A stretch of 35,209 nucleotides of DNA from a virus (Duplodnaviria; Caudoviricetes): positions 1 through 35,209 of the IMG/VR virus record IMGVR_UViG_3300011339_000264; one strand, given 5' to 3'. Below are positions 25,701 to 33,303 of the stretch, piece by piece. The first letter of the stretch is position 1. Each line of letters begins with the position of its first letter. The translations under genes were made by a program, and so were the position numbers. The notes under the pieces were generated by a model. That model worked only from the letters and a program-made list of their open reading frames with translations, did no database searches and had not been told where the DNA came from.

Positions 25701-28287
25701 TGAGATGCAAGTGTCCGACATGCGGGCGGGCGTTATCAAGGCGCTGAACAACGCTGTTGCAGACCCGAACACTATGGGCAGCACGCGGGAATTTCGTCAG
25801 GCCGTGTTCAGCATCACCGCAGCCGATCAGCACGGGGCCATTACCCAAATGGTGCTCAGCAACGGCCCGCCCAAGATGGTCAAGGACTCCAAGGGGTATT
25901 ACGAAGTCCAGAGCACCATGAAGAATGATGCTGGCGCGGTGTTCGACGCTGTGCAGGACATCCCCGATGCCTACGGCAATACAGAAGGCAAGATGGGGCT
26001 GGCGTCCGTGTACATGATTGCCCAGCGTGCGTTGAACAAAGGCTTGAAGAAGCTGGACATCGGCGCACTTGGAATTGAAACCGAGCAAGAACTTGTAGAC
26101 GCTATGGCTGTGGCTGACGCTGACCCCAAGCTGAAGGCCGCGCTGGAGAACGTACGCGCCAAGTACAACGCCTTCAACCGGGGCATGATCGAGTGGCTGT
26201 CTTCCCCGCAGGTAGCGGCCATTACGCAGGCTGATGCCAAGGCGTACTTGAAGGACGAGGACTACGTTCCTTATTACCGCGTTCGTGCAGACGGCGTGGC
26301 GGAGCTGGTCTTTGGTGGAGAGAAGACGATCACGATTGGCGACATCTCGCACCAGCCGTACCTTGCTGAACTCAAAGGCGGCAACGACAAGATCATGCCC
26401 TTGGACAAGTCGATCATGCGGAACACCATGCTGCTGGTCACCAAGGGCATGAACAACATGGCCATGAAGAACGTAGGCTACGCCATGCAAGCTGCAGGCC
26501 AAGGTCTTGGCCCCGTGGACAAGATGGGCAAGCCGACCAACTTGATGCCCATTCATTCCGGTAAAAGCCCTGCTGACGCCAGCGTCATTCGTTGGACGCA
26601 AGAGCCCGACCCAAATAAGCCCTCAGACAATGGCGACCGCTGGCTGCGCGTACAGACCAACGACACGATGTTCGGCGGTGTCCCTGCGGAACTAATCATC
26701 AAGTCCTTGGACGGTGCACACTTGACGCTGCCTGCGTTTCTGAAATGGGGCGGCATTGCCGGTGACTTGCTGCGCTCGGGCGTGACGCGCACGCCCATCT
26801 ACTTGGCTCGCCAGTTGTTCCGCGATCCGTTTGCAGCCACGGCTACTTCCGGGCTGGACTACGGCCCCATTACGGCTATCTTCAAGGCCAACCGGGAGTT
26901 CCTGAAGATCGTGGCAGGCAAGAGCGAAGCTGGCGCTAAGATGATCGAGAAGGGTTTGATGCAGTCGGGGCTGTTCGAGGGCGACCCGGCCAACATGTCC
27001 AAGATCGCGCTGCAGTTGGCCGGCGGGAAGTCCCAAGGCGTGCTCGACAAGTTGTTTGCCAAGGCCGACAGGCTGGCGCTGCAGGCCGATGCCGCTACCC
27101 GTGCGCTGATCTACGAGAACGCCATTAAAAACGGCTTGTCCGAAGTCGAGGCCAGCCACTCAGTGCGCGAGTCAATGAACTTTGCCAAGCGCGGGTTGTC
27201 GCCCACCGTGCAGTACGCCAGCCGCATGATACCTTTCTTCAACGCGCAGATTCAGGGTCTGAGCGTGCTGTTCAAGGCGGCGACGGGCAACATGCCCGCC
27301 AACGATGTGCTGAAGATTAAGCGCAAGTTTTACAACAACGCCATGATGCTCACGGGGTTCGGCATAGCCTACGCGATGGCTATGGACGACGACGATTACT
27401 ACAAGAACGCCAAGCCGCGAGACCGGTACACGAACTTCTTCGTGCCCTTGCCGGGTGTGGACGAGCCGCTCAAGCTGCCTATCCCGTACGAGTTTGGTTT
27501 CTTCTTCTCCGCAGGCGTGGCGTTGGCGGACGCCATCAAGGGCGAGGTGGATACCCCCCAGCAACTGCGTGCGATCAAGGACATGTTCGTCGGCTCTATC
27601 CCCGGCGCTAGCAGCAACTTTGCGCCGCAGATCATTAAACCCTTCGCCGAGATATATGCCAACAAGAGCTTCTTCTCGGGCAACGCAATAGAGTCCGAGC
27701 GCCAGAGGAAGCTGGACCCCGAGGCACGGTACAACGCGCACACCACGGAAGTCGCCAAGTGGATGGCCACTATGGTTCCGGGGCTGTCCCCCATCCAGAT
27801 CGAGCACATTGTGTCTGGCTACTTGGGGCAGATTCCTTTGATGGTGCTGGCGTCTACGAACGGCATTTTCCGCGACGGCAAAGAAGAGCCTACCCGCAAG
27901 CTGTCGGAGATGCCGCTGATTGGCAGCTCGTTCCAGCGCAAGTACGGCGGCGAGGAAGCGGACGTTGTGTACAAGCTGGCTACGGAAGCCTCGCAGGCCA
28001 AACGTACGTTCGACGACTACCGCAAGACCGGAAAAATCCAAGAAGCCAAGGACTACCTGCAAGAGCACCGCGCTGAGATTGCCGTCGCGCCAATGGCGAT
28101 GCAGTACCAGAAGGTCATGGGGGCGCTGCGTACGCAGGAAGAGCTAGTCCGCAACTCCAAAGCGTCTTCGGACGCCAAAGAAAAACGGATCGACGAGTTG
28201 AACGCGCAACGCCAGCTACAGTCCGAGCGCTACCTCAAGGCCATCAGGCGGGCGCAGGATGCCGCCGATAAAACCACACCCCCATAA
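19762..28287 (+). CDS. Giant polyvalent ejection protein (2841 aa): N-terminal hydrophobic region, long helical region, zincin metallopeptidase and C-terminal LPD38-like domain
   Basis: GLYDP...ITM..LHEMGH..EFAAE at about 25150-25390. IPFFNAQIQG..LKLPIPYEFG..P..E.YANKSFF.G.AI at about 27230-27700. Confidence 0.8.
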   Translation: MANYIQLPNGAYYTAREGDDYATTVRAAYAKYPEAFGGEKTPEETPKSGFVPALKAGFSSLKGDVAALAGRTGLMGLPEAESYIAEQEAYRKKTFAPTQEGFFEAPLANISELAGGSLPYMAAPLAAGAATLALPATLAAAPVLGGLTTAGTALGLGAAGLTSAAQFTGSGLTRQMTPGEGMANKSLGETDLTDAALAAIPSAVLDTISLKMIPGIGKIFERAGIELTTQAAKDLAKEGIKKTAADYLLATGKTMGVEGLTEAGQQVFERMQAGLAIDNPTARAEYFDSFIGGAVLGGILAPAGRYVERGQEQTRFDTADRAKQVADRTAASQAAEQAAAIEKTQKQTPEYAQKTQADYLAAEQRKNELDAQMHRAGKGVKLTEDQKQDNRETQQALAEHADVLKAANAEFRKYRQFLPPEPTPAPTPIEDTTQLQQPSLVPEGAAPVTPDLDMFGTPVERAGTAAEVLANEQERSLYGPDSRQAQLQQTFDMYDQTVGNRGKANAPETLLTDNPDVQQARALEGYLDHLREQNSALPPTAFKEKQALAEKYATVKKALDQIQSSMPAMPDVLKIQSQIATLTKKLATADEQGDLDAVGKHAAKLESLHNQLATAAPAPSPQQEIPMQPFKAVSQTAEQIEQEKTAALEAQRQKAQQGAKAESDAYVAQRIQERRTQRKLDASKEPAAEQPQRDEELRHRAEKETIDKLLATLPTGSTVTPGQIMLGLGGEQAHLRDLQTQLAIAKLTRNKGLIDSLNDQILNIESSQENAASNKPIERLPALGEGRLSEPRAKEAEAEQHADKQSEMLQAFVAQLQKIKLRPDTAQVSTRLQDINKKREAEGKPAITLADQSSAMLDTARMAYLKSHLDEIEARRAAFGLSPAADWEIGEARARVMEGFNELQDRWGQAVPENAPVGQRQFGAPVEAVASLQDQMRANIYQNIFSAAERMQKDVQGTMKEKTVQRSATPTLERDENGQMRQTGYARPTGPQIVSPNLNLREQPKLAEDDKQNTLDMIDRVLNTRDTRTTSIPTNTVKPPEKVKSFSDIAQLLAEEKSGVTTTKTNEASVQLLNQLRDVLPATSDKEFIALAREQVQRVMEGNLPDQFAVRELGDMIRAQEEGRQSTTQPGATQEELQRTSAQPQRSLFPESEPVTQRATPDNFQTMLDSKNVQGMREAIAQQKADNQAALQAIKNSLQPAKTAAQQAEAALNKAKAETEPLLEGAEKERGEPAWYAPAVRKVVELETALQSIPPRVKLLKDIREQIAGLNESQKKALVQQVDRLLVIVDKNPAQRVALLDALKEQYKKTKNENTKNHIKLVEENTNEVFSANKVKELFELKRALAGETSLNTEINRLTAAVRLAKSTVDKARADLKGLLNKYVSDTTVRNALLTEADEATAKIDRLTKAFETARRQETVDETRKKAEAKAEADKNAPVNEATPMATWRDVLQRGREGLDLPGTRVTQDVSELKQRILGIRRKLGSFDAQLETLLDPQNKLTTESKEKIADLQEKRRKTVVELDSVYENAPRITTEIKEQGQLALEKAFDESQAAGYDQKARKRQEKAGEIPADLAAAKSGNTVVDTRAGYYAGRISEPGERKRASDRAKAAQDALREVAEARAELKVLQDQMQYLRDNNKAKKGNRYTELFKGLQERETTLKGVLADKQAVVEEVTKSQKETSAALASARKSVEGAQSGKEALALSDAEAQRQSEASGSLSAPSQFDATRTSTPLSAQAVEMAQDGRILDLADELAKNGSTPAIRATAAKLRPMLMRTKLSVDKDVNYKGESVAGLYDPQDNTITMHPDGLTEEDVLHEMGHAATDHVLLADPATLTADQRAARKGLEALHASIVKSDLFKGEQGIADVREFAAEVESNKDFRNKLDSVGKPTTLLQRVLGFFKRMLGMQTEISSKEAQALVDRILAPSRKLTARATPSLFRKGAQYASNDALSDLAKKAVAQPQTLREKAGSNIALQLEMQVSDMRAGVIKALNNAVADPNTMGSTREFRQAVFSITAADQHGAITQMVLSNGPPKMVKDSKGYYEVQSTMKNDAGAVFDAVQDIPDAYGNTEGKMGLASVYMIAQRALNKGLKKLDIGALGIETEQELVDAMAVADADPKLKAALENVRAKYNAFNRGMIEWLSSPQVAAITQADAKAYLKDEDYVPYYRVRADGVAELVFGGEKTITIGDISHQPYLAELKGGNDKIMPLDKSIMRNTMLLVTKGMNNMAMKNVGYAMQAAGQGLGPVDKMGKPTNLMPIHSGKSPADASVIRWTQEPDPNKPSDNGDRWLRVQTNDTMFGGVPAELIIKSLDGAHLTLPAFLKWGGIAGDLLRSGVTRTPIYLARQLFRDPFAATATSGLDYGPITAIFKANREFLKIVAGKSEAGAKMIEKGLMQSGLFEGDPANMSKIALQLAGGKSQGVLDKLFAKADRLALQADAATRALIYENAIKNGLSEVEASHSVRESMNFAKRGLSPTVQYASRMIPFFNAQIQGLSVLFKAATGNMPANDVLKIKRKFYNNAMMLTGFGIAYAMAMDDDDYYKNAKPRDRYTNFFVPLPGVDEPLKLPIPYEFGFFFSAGVALADAIKGEVDTPQQLRAIKDMFVGSIPGASSNFAPQIIKPFAEIYANKSFFSGNAIESERQRKLDPEARYNAHTTEVAKWMATMVPGLSPIQIEHIVSGYLGQIPLMVLASTNGIFRDGKEEPTRKLSEMPLIGSSFQRKYGGEEADVVYKLATEASQAKRTFDDYRKTGKIQEAKDYLQEHRAEIAVAPMAMQYQKVMGALRTQEELVRNSKASSDAKEKRIDELNAQRQLQSERYLKAIRRAQDAADKTTPP

Positions 28288-28447
28288 GGCCAGCGCGGAT
28301 GCCCACCTTGGCTTGGGCATCAAACACACGCAGGAAGACGGCCCGTTTAAGGCCGTCTTCCTTAACCGCTTCGGGGTCTAGGCAGGGGACGAAGAACCCC
28401 TGCCCGCGCTCAACCTTTTCCCAAGGGTACGAGGGGTTTAAGGCCAT
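28244..28447 (-). CDS. Small phage protein (YPW....G..FFVP family, probably DNA-binding)
   Basis: YPWEKVERGQGFFVP and GVWFYR motifs; overlaps the primase gene 3' end and the giant gene 3' end. Confidence 0.6.
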   Translation of the reverse strand: MALNPSYPWEKVERGQGFFVPCLDPEAVKEDGLKRAVFLRVFDAQAKVGIRAGLMGVWFYRRHPAPA

Positions 28448-31370
28448 CGTCTTCGCTCAAGGGGCGGCTTATCCTCATGGCGGCTACGCGCATCAGGGGG
28501 CCGTTGGTTCTGGCCATCAAGTCCTTGCGTGGGGCGTACGAGACTTCCATGTGCGGGTGCGCTTCAAGCTGCTTCTTGAAGTCAGCGTAGCCGAAGCTCA
28601 TGCTGGAGCAGAACGTCCGCAGCACACGCTCCTCGATGTACAGGTCTGAGCAGCCCGGTGTCAGACCGTTCTCCACACGCCCCTGTACGGAAGTCCGCGT
28701 TGTCGTTTTGTCAATTGCAGCCCCGTCCCCCATCTGCGCCAAGACGCCGCCTGCAGCGCCGTAGTTCACAGTAACGAAGTGGCCGTTGTTCTCGCGGATG
28801 AAAGCGTTCAGGATGTCCTCGGCGGTGCGCTTGTTGCTGTTCACGGCCTTACGCATGGCATCTATGCGCCTGCCAAACGCCGCGATCATCTCGGGCATGG
28901 GGATGTTGACGATCTCCGCGTTGTTGTCGCTGAACAAGATGCCTGCAGCAATCGCAGTGCCTACACCTGCCATCCAGAAACGCTCGTCATTGGGGGCCTT
29001 GAACTGCAGGTACATCTGCCGCACCACATCAGGAACCATCTCAGCAATCTTGTCGAAGTTGTCCACCAAGTATTGGGCAAAGATGTCGCCCGCCACGCCG
29101 TAGTTCTGCGCCAAGGACTTGATGATCTCGATCTCATGGGGTTCCCACACCAGCGTGGTGTCCATATCGAACTCGATGACCCGGCGAATCTCCCCCTCGG
29201 ATGCGTGCTTGCGGGTGCCAAGCAGCGTGTCAACCACGTAGGTGTTCGAGGACATCAGCGCGTTCGACATCCATGTGGAGTTGTTGAGGTGCTCCTTGTT
29301 GGTGCCTGCCTCCATGCGCTCCTTGCCCCGGCCCTCGGTCATGTCCAGTAGGAACTCGGTAAACCAATCGGGGGCCGCACGGTTCTTGCTGGTGATCTCA
29401 TCCGTGATGAGGGGTAGGCTGTTGAGCATCCCAAGCCGCTGCTGCATGGCTACCGCCGATGTGCTCTTGCCCGTCCGGTAGTGCACCGGGTGGCCCCAGA
29501 TGGACGCCGCGCCTTCGAGCGCCAGCGACTTGCCCGTACCAGAGTACGTTGACGCGCAGTGGAACGTCATACCGTAGATGCCCGTAAACCTCATCAGGGG
29601 TGCGGCAGCGCCCACCAAGATGATCGCTAACTGGTCGTACAGCTTCTTCTGGATCAGCAGGTTAATCACGTTGCGCCAGCCCTGTAGCGTGCCAGTGGGC
29701 TGCGTGTTGTTCACGATGTTCTCCAGCCCGACCATAGGTATTTCCACGGGCTTGACCTTGGGTGCGTAAATCCTGCCTGCGTAGACGAAGGTGTTGTCCT
29801 TCTGCCAGCCGTAGCTTGCAGGTACTTTGATGGGTAATTTTCCAGTGCTCATTTTTTCAACGCTCGCTCGTATGTAATCAAAAAAGTTCTTGTCGTTACC
29901 AGCGCCAAAGGCAGCAAGTACGTTCTGCGTAGCCAAGCTCTTCATCGTCTCGTCTTTGCTAACGCAACTCCGTTGGGGCAGCAGGACTGTCTGCGTCCCT
30001 TCAGGGCGCAGCGCCAGCATGTGCACCATGTGCTCACCAGCGTTGTCGAGGATGTTGATGGGGAACAGGTCGTAGCTAATCAGCAGCGTGAGCTTCTTGG
30101 ACTCCGTGCCATCCTCATTCTCCGAACGCTTCTCAATGTACACGCCGCCCTTGCGCCCGTACGCATAACCAAACGGGGCTTCCGGGCGCAGTATCTTGCG
30201 AAACGTATCCGACCCCGTGACCTCAACCTCTACTTCCTTCGCCTCTGTAACGACAGCCGTATCACGCCCCAGCGCCAGCGGGTTTGTGATCTTTCCCCAG
30301 TGCTTGCAGTTGGTGCAAACGCCGGGGTTCTCCGAATCGAACTTGGTGCACGGGTACGGGCCTTTGATCTCAGCCAGCTTGGCGTGCATTCGGTTCGTAT
30401 CGTAAGGGTGCAGGTCGCTCAACCACGTAGCTGCACGCTCGCCATCCTCGCACTTCTGTGCGATGCTCAACATCCCCCGCCACAACGGCTCCCTGCCGTC
30501 ATCTGTGGCGTTCAGGACGTAGAACTCTAACTGCCCACAGCCATTACCCCTCTTGGTCGCCTTGTAGATATTGCCGAATTTGGTGATGCTGTTGGCAAAC
30601 AACTGCACGCTTGTGGTCATCGGCGCACTCTTAGGCCGCTGCCCAGTTATCGTGAGGGCGGTGCTCGGCGCGGGTTTCACGGCGTACGCGGTAATCGCTA
30701 GGTGACGCTCCAGCAGGGCGCGGATGTCCTCGATGTCGAAGAACCCCCCGCCGTGCATGAACCGCACACTGGTCTCGCCGCGCACGCGCTTGCCACTCTT
30801 GACGCCTGTGTTGACCGTCGCTGGTACGCGCAGCACCCGCGCTGCATCGCCCGTCACTGTGGGGTCGATGCCGAGTTTCTTCTGCACGCACAAGCGTTTG
30901 AACGCTTCTGCCACAGGCTTCCACTCAGCGATCTCCACAGCTTCCCGCAAGGGCCAGTAGGCGTGCACACCGCCGCCAGAAGCCACCATCCACGGCTCGC
31001 CCAGCCCAGCCAGCCCCACCTCGGTGGAGAACTCCATGATGGCTTGCGCGGCAGCGCGTGCCGAGGGGTACGCCTTGGGTTTGAACTCCCCGTGCTCATC
31101 GGGCAAATCTTTCGGATGGTTGCAGTCGATGTCGATGGCTATGCACTTTGCCATCTGGGTATTGGTGGCCGAACGTGTGTCGGCGTTGCCGAACGTACTC
31201 AGTCCAAAGTAGATGTCAAGGTTCGACTTCTTCCACCGATCTACGGCTACCTGCGCTTCCTCCAGCGTGTCCACATAAACGTGTTCTTTCTTCTTCGTCA
31301 GCTCTGCCACGCAGTAACGCCCGTTACCGGGAGGTGGCAAAACCGCCGCTAGAAAATCAAGCGGTTCCAT
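28410..31370 (-). CDS. Primase-helicase fusion: AEP/RepB-type primase, Cys-rich linker and DUF927-type helicase
   Basis: DID, SGGGVHAYW and D..RVLRVP (AEP motifs); YGW; Walker A SGTGKS; Walker B ITDE; GRGKERM. Confidence 0.85.
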   Translation of the reverse strand: MEPLDFLAAVLPPPGNGRYCVAELTKKKEHVYVDTLEEAQVAVDRWKKSNLDIYFGLSTFGNADTRSATNTQMAKCIAIDIDCNHPKDLPDEHGEFKPKAYPSARAAAQAIMEFSTEVGLAGLGEPWMVASGGGVHAYWPLREAVEIAEWKPVAEAFKRLCVQKKLGIDPTVTGDAARVLRVPATVNTGVKSGKRVRGETSVRFMHGGGFFDIEDIRALLERHLAITAYAVKPAPSTALTITGQRPKSAPMTTSVQLFANSITKFGNIYKATKRGNGCGQLEFYVLNATDDGREPLWRGMLSIAQKCEDGERAATWLSDLHPYDTNRMHAKLAEIKGPYPCTKFDSENPGVCTNCKHWGKITNPLALGRDTAVVTEAKEVEVEVTGSDTFRKILRPEAPFGYAYGRKGGVYIEKRSENEDGTESKKLTLLISYDLFPINILDNAGEHMVHMLALRPEGTQTVLLPQRSCVSKDETMKSLATQNVLAAFGAGNDKNFFDYIRASVEKMSTGKLPIKVPASYGWQKDNTFVYAGRIYAPKVKPVEIPMVGLENIVNNTQPTGTLQGWRNVINLLIQKKLYDQLAIILVGAAAPLMRFTGIYGMTFHCASTYSGTGKSLALEGAASIWGHPVHYRTGKSTSAVAMQQRLGMLNSLPLITDEITSKNRAAPDWFTEFLLDMTEGRGKERMEAGTNKEHLNNSTWMSNALMSSNTYVVDTLLGTRKHASEGEIRRVIEFDMDTTLVWEPHEIEIIKSLAQNYGVAGDIFAQYLVDNFDKIAEMVPDVVRQMYLQFKAPNDERFWMAGVGTAIAAGILFSDNNAEIVNIPMPEMIAAFGRRIDAMRKAVNSNKRTAEDILNAFIRENNGHFVTVNYGAAGGVLAQMGDGAAIDKTTTRTSVQGRVENGLTPGCSDLYIEERVLRTFCSSMSFGYADFKKQLEAHPHMEVSYAPRKDLMARTNGPLMRVAAMRISRPLSEDDGLKPLVPLGKG

Positions 31371-31382
31371 AGGTGACCTAGG

Positions 31383-31541
31383 TTACTGTGCGTCGGCGTC
31401 TACGAAAGCAACGAAGCGCTTGACCAGCTCCTCCACCCATTCAAAAGGCAGCTCCGAGGCAGGGTACAGCGTTGCGTAGTGGGCCAGCTCCTCGTCAGTA
31501 AGAATCCGTGGGTTCAGGGCTTCAAGTTGTACTCTTTGCAT
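31383..31541 (-). CDS. Small hypothetical protein (52 aa; not in the ORF track)
   Basis: MQRVQLEALNPRILTDEELAHYATLYPASELPFEWVEELVKRFVAFVDADAQ*. GGAG lies upstream, and the ORF fills the gap between the HTH and primase genes. Confidence 0.7.
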   Translation of the reverse strand: MQRVQLEALNPRILTDEELAHYATLYPASELPFEWVEELVKRFVAFVDADAQ

Positions 31542-31792
31542 ATTCTTCTCCAAGCTTCATCCGCCGTCTTTGACGAGGACATTATTGTTAGTAGCAGTTC
31601 GACGCGGTTCTGGTATGCCACAAAGACATCCTTACCCTCGAACCAGTTGTAGACGGTTTGGCGCGTGACCCCAAGCGCGATGGCGATCTTCGTCACGGGG
31701 AAGTCCAAGTGAACGGCCCAACGCCCAAGACGATTGCCCATCGTCTTGGGGGACGCCGCAACAAGGTCGATGATTTTTTGTGAGTAGGCCAT
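31514..31792 (-). CDS. XRE/Cro-like helix-turn-helix protein
   Basis: VTKIAIALGVTRQTVYNWFEG helix-turn-helix signature. Confidence 0.85.
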   Translation of the reverse strand: MAYSQKIIDLVAASPKTMGNRLGRWAVHLDFPVTKIAIALGVTRQTVYNWFEGKDVFVAYQNRVELLLTIMSSSKTADEAWRRICKEYNLKP

Positions 31793-31799
31793 AGTAGTG

Positions 31800-31817
31800 A
31801 GGGGGCCGAAGCCCCCT
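31800..31817 (-). promoter_or_regulatory. Intercistronic C(UUCG)G tetraloop hairpin
   Basis: Minus strand reads AGGGGGC-TTCG-GCCCCCT, a 7-bp stem. Confidence 0.8.
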
Positions 31818-31822
31818 AAAAA

Positions 31823-32818
31823 TTACTCGTCGTCCCAGTCAGACACGATGTCTGCAAGGCTGGCTTTACCAGCAGGCACGGCTGTTGCCTTGGGTGCGGT
31901 TTTACGCACTTCGGGTTCCGGTGCCGTGTCTTCTTCGACCACAGGAGCTGGCGCTGGCTTGGCCTTCTTGGCGGCGGGCTTGGCTACCGGAGCGGGGGCC
32001 GGGGCTTCGTCCTCGTCCTCATCAACCACGGGCGCTGGCGCTGCCTTTGCCGGGGGCTTGCCAGCGATAGCCAGCGGAGCGACCTTCGCGCCATCCGTTG
32101 CAGCCGCGCTTGCCCCAACAGCCTTCACAGCGTCTTCGCTGTCGGCTTGGTCTTTGATGGTGCTGTATTCGTCGTCGGTCAACCAGCGCGTGGGGGAGAA
32201 GTGCAGCTTGGGTGACTCCGACTTGGTGTCGAACTTCATGCGGGTCACGATCTGCTCCGGGTTGACCGGGGGGTTCTGCGCTGCAAGATAACGAGCGAAG
32301 GACTGCAGGGGGTGCTTGTCACCTTCTGCCTTGCCGAAGATCGACGTAGCTGGCAGGATCATCTGCATCACTGCGCCGTCCATGTCGTTCTCAAGCACCA
32401 CCGCCAGACGCTGTTGGTAGCGGCAGGCGCGGCTATTGCCCGTACCCGAACCAGCTTGGTTCTGTGGGCAGCTCAAGCATGTCACGGACTGCTTGTTCTT
32501 GGCGGAAGCATCGGGGCGCTCGCCGTCGTTGGAAGTGCAGTCGGGTGCCGAAGCGGTAGCATCGGGGTTCCATGCAGCCGCGTAGAACTGGCGGCTGACC
32601 TTTGGCGCGGCCTTGACGATGACGACATCCAAGTGGCGGTCATCAATGGCGGTGATCTCTTTGCCGTTGTCCAGCAAGCGGAACACACCGCCTTTGATGG
32701 AGATGCGCTTACCGCTGTTCGATCCGCCGCCAGTGAGGGCCAGTGCGGTGTCTGACAAGACGTTGTTGCGAGCGAACGCTGGTACGTTCGAGGGGTTGAA
32801 TAGGGTAATGTTACTCAT
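31823..32818 (-). CDS. Putative single-stranded DNA-binding protein
   Basis: Cys-containing beta core (C..CPQN..GS...RACR), Pro/Ala/Lys-rich linker, acidic aromatic tail (SDWDDE); replication-module context. Confidence 0.6.
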   Translation of the reverse strand: MSNITLFNPSNVPAFARNNVLSDTALALTGGGSNSGKRISIKGGVFRLLDNGKEITAIDDRHLDVVIVKAAPKVSRQFYAAAWNPDATASAPDCTSNDGERPDASAKNKQSVTCLSCPQNQAGSGTGNSRACRYQQRLAVVLENDMDGAVMQMILPATSIFGKAEGDKHPLQSFARYLAAQNPPVNPEQIVTRMKFDTKSESPKLHFSPTRWLTDDEYSTIKDQADSEDAVKAVGASAAATDGAKVAPLAIAGKPPAKAAPAPVVDEDEDEAPAPAPVAKPAAKKAKPAPAPVVEEDTAPEPEVRKTAPKATAVPAGKASLADIVSDWDDE

Positions 32819-32828
32819 GGGGTTCTCC

Positions 32829-33233
32829 TCAGTTGGAAGGCTTGGTTACGCGGATTTCAAAATCCGAAAATGCGTTCAGGCCGGGTGGCACTGAACCGGG
32901 GTTGTCCGCCAAGAACTGCGCCATATTGGTCTGGGCAATCCTTTTCTCCAGCAAGTCAACGGCATCGTTCGCAACAATGAAGTCTTTGAACGCGTCCCAG
33001 TCTTGCGTGGAATAGCGGGTCTTCAGCACCATCGACACTGTGCCGAAGGTGGTGTTCACAGTCTTCACACCGAGCGCATGCATCTGGTCTTTCATTGCAA
33101 ACTTCAGCGTGTTCTGCTTCTCTTTCAACAGCTCAACCTTGGTGTCATAGTCCTTGGTCAGCTCGTCGATTTCGGCCTTTATCTTTCGGTAGATGCGGGC
33201 TAGTTTATCCATTGGGATCATGTCTTCAGTCAT
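32829..33233 (-). CDS. Conserved phage replication-module protein (coiled coil plus small alpha/beta domain)
   Basis: SD AAGGAG; G.KTV.T.FGTV, DWDAF..FI and VPPG motifs. Confidence 0.75.
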   Translation of the reverse strand: MTEDMIPMDKLARIYRKIKAEIDELTKDYDTKVELLKEKQNTLKFAMKDQMHALGVKTVNTTFGTVSMVLKTRYSTQDWDAFKDFIVANDAVDLLEKRIAQTNMAQFLADNPGSVPPGLNAFSDFEIRVTKPSN

Positions 33234-33251
33234 TTTGCTTTCTCCTTTTTG

Positions 33252-33295
33252 TGTCTATCGTTTGACAAGTGTAGCGTGATTTTTAGCGTCTGCAA
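33252..33295 (-). promoter_or_regulatory. Sigma70-type promoter (TTGCAG-N16-TACACT) with a downstream palindromic operator (TGTCAA-N4-TAGACA)
   Basis: -35 at 33290-33295, -10 at 33268-33273, palindrome at 33252-33267; lies in the only sizeable intergenic gap of the module. Confidence 0.6.
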
Positions 33296-33303
33296 CTCCT
33301 TTC

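Noticed and set aside
21717-28068. Long antisense ORFs (21717..22463, 23253..24278, 25630..26601, 27172..28068)
   Set aside because: Shadow frames of a GC-rich, codon-biased gene, with no RBS or recognisable motifs.
31800-31822. Classical Rho-independent terminator
   Set aside because: No U-tract follows the stem on either strand; kept as a regulatory hairpin instead.
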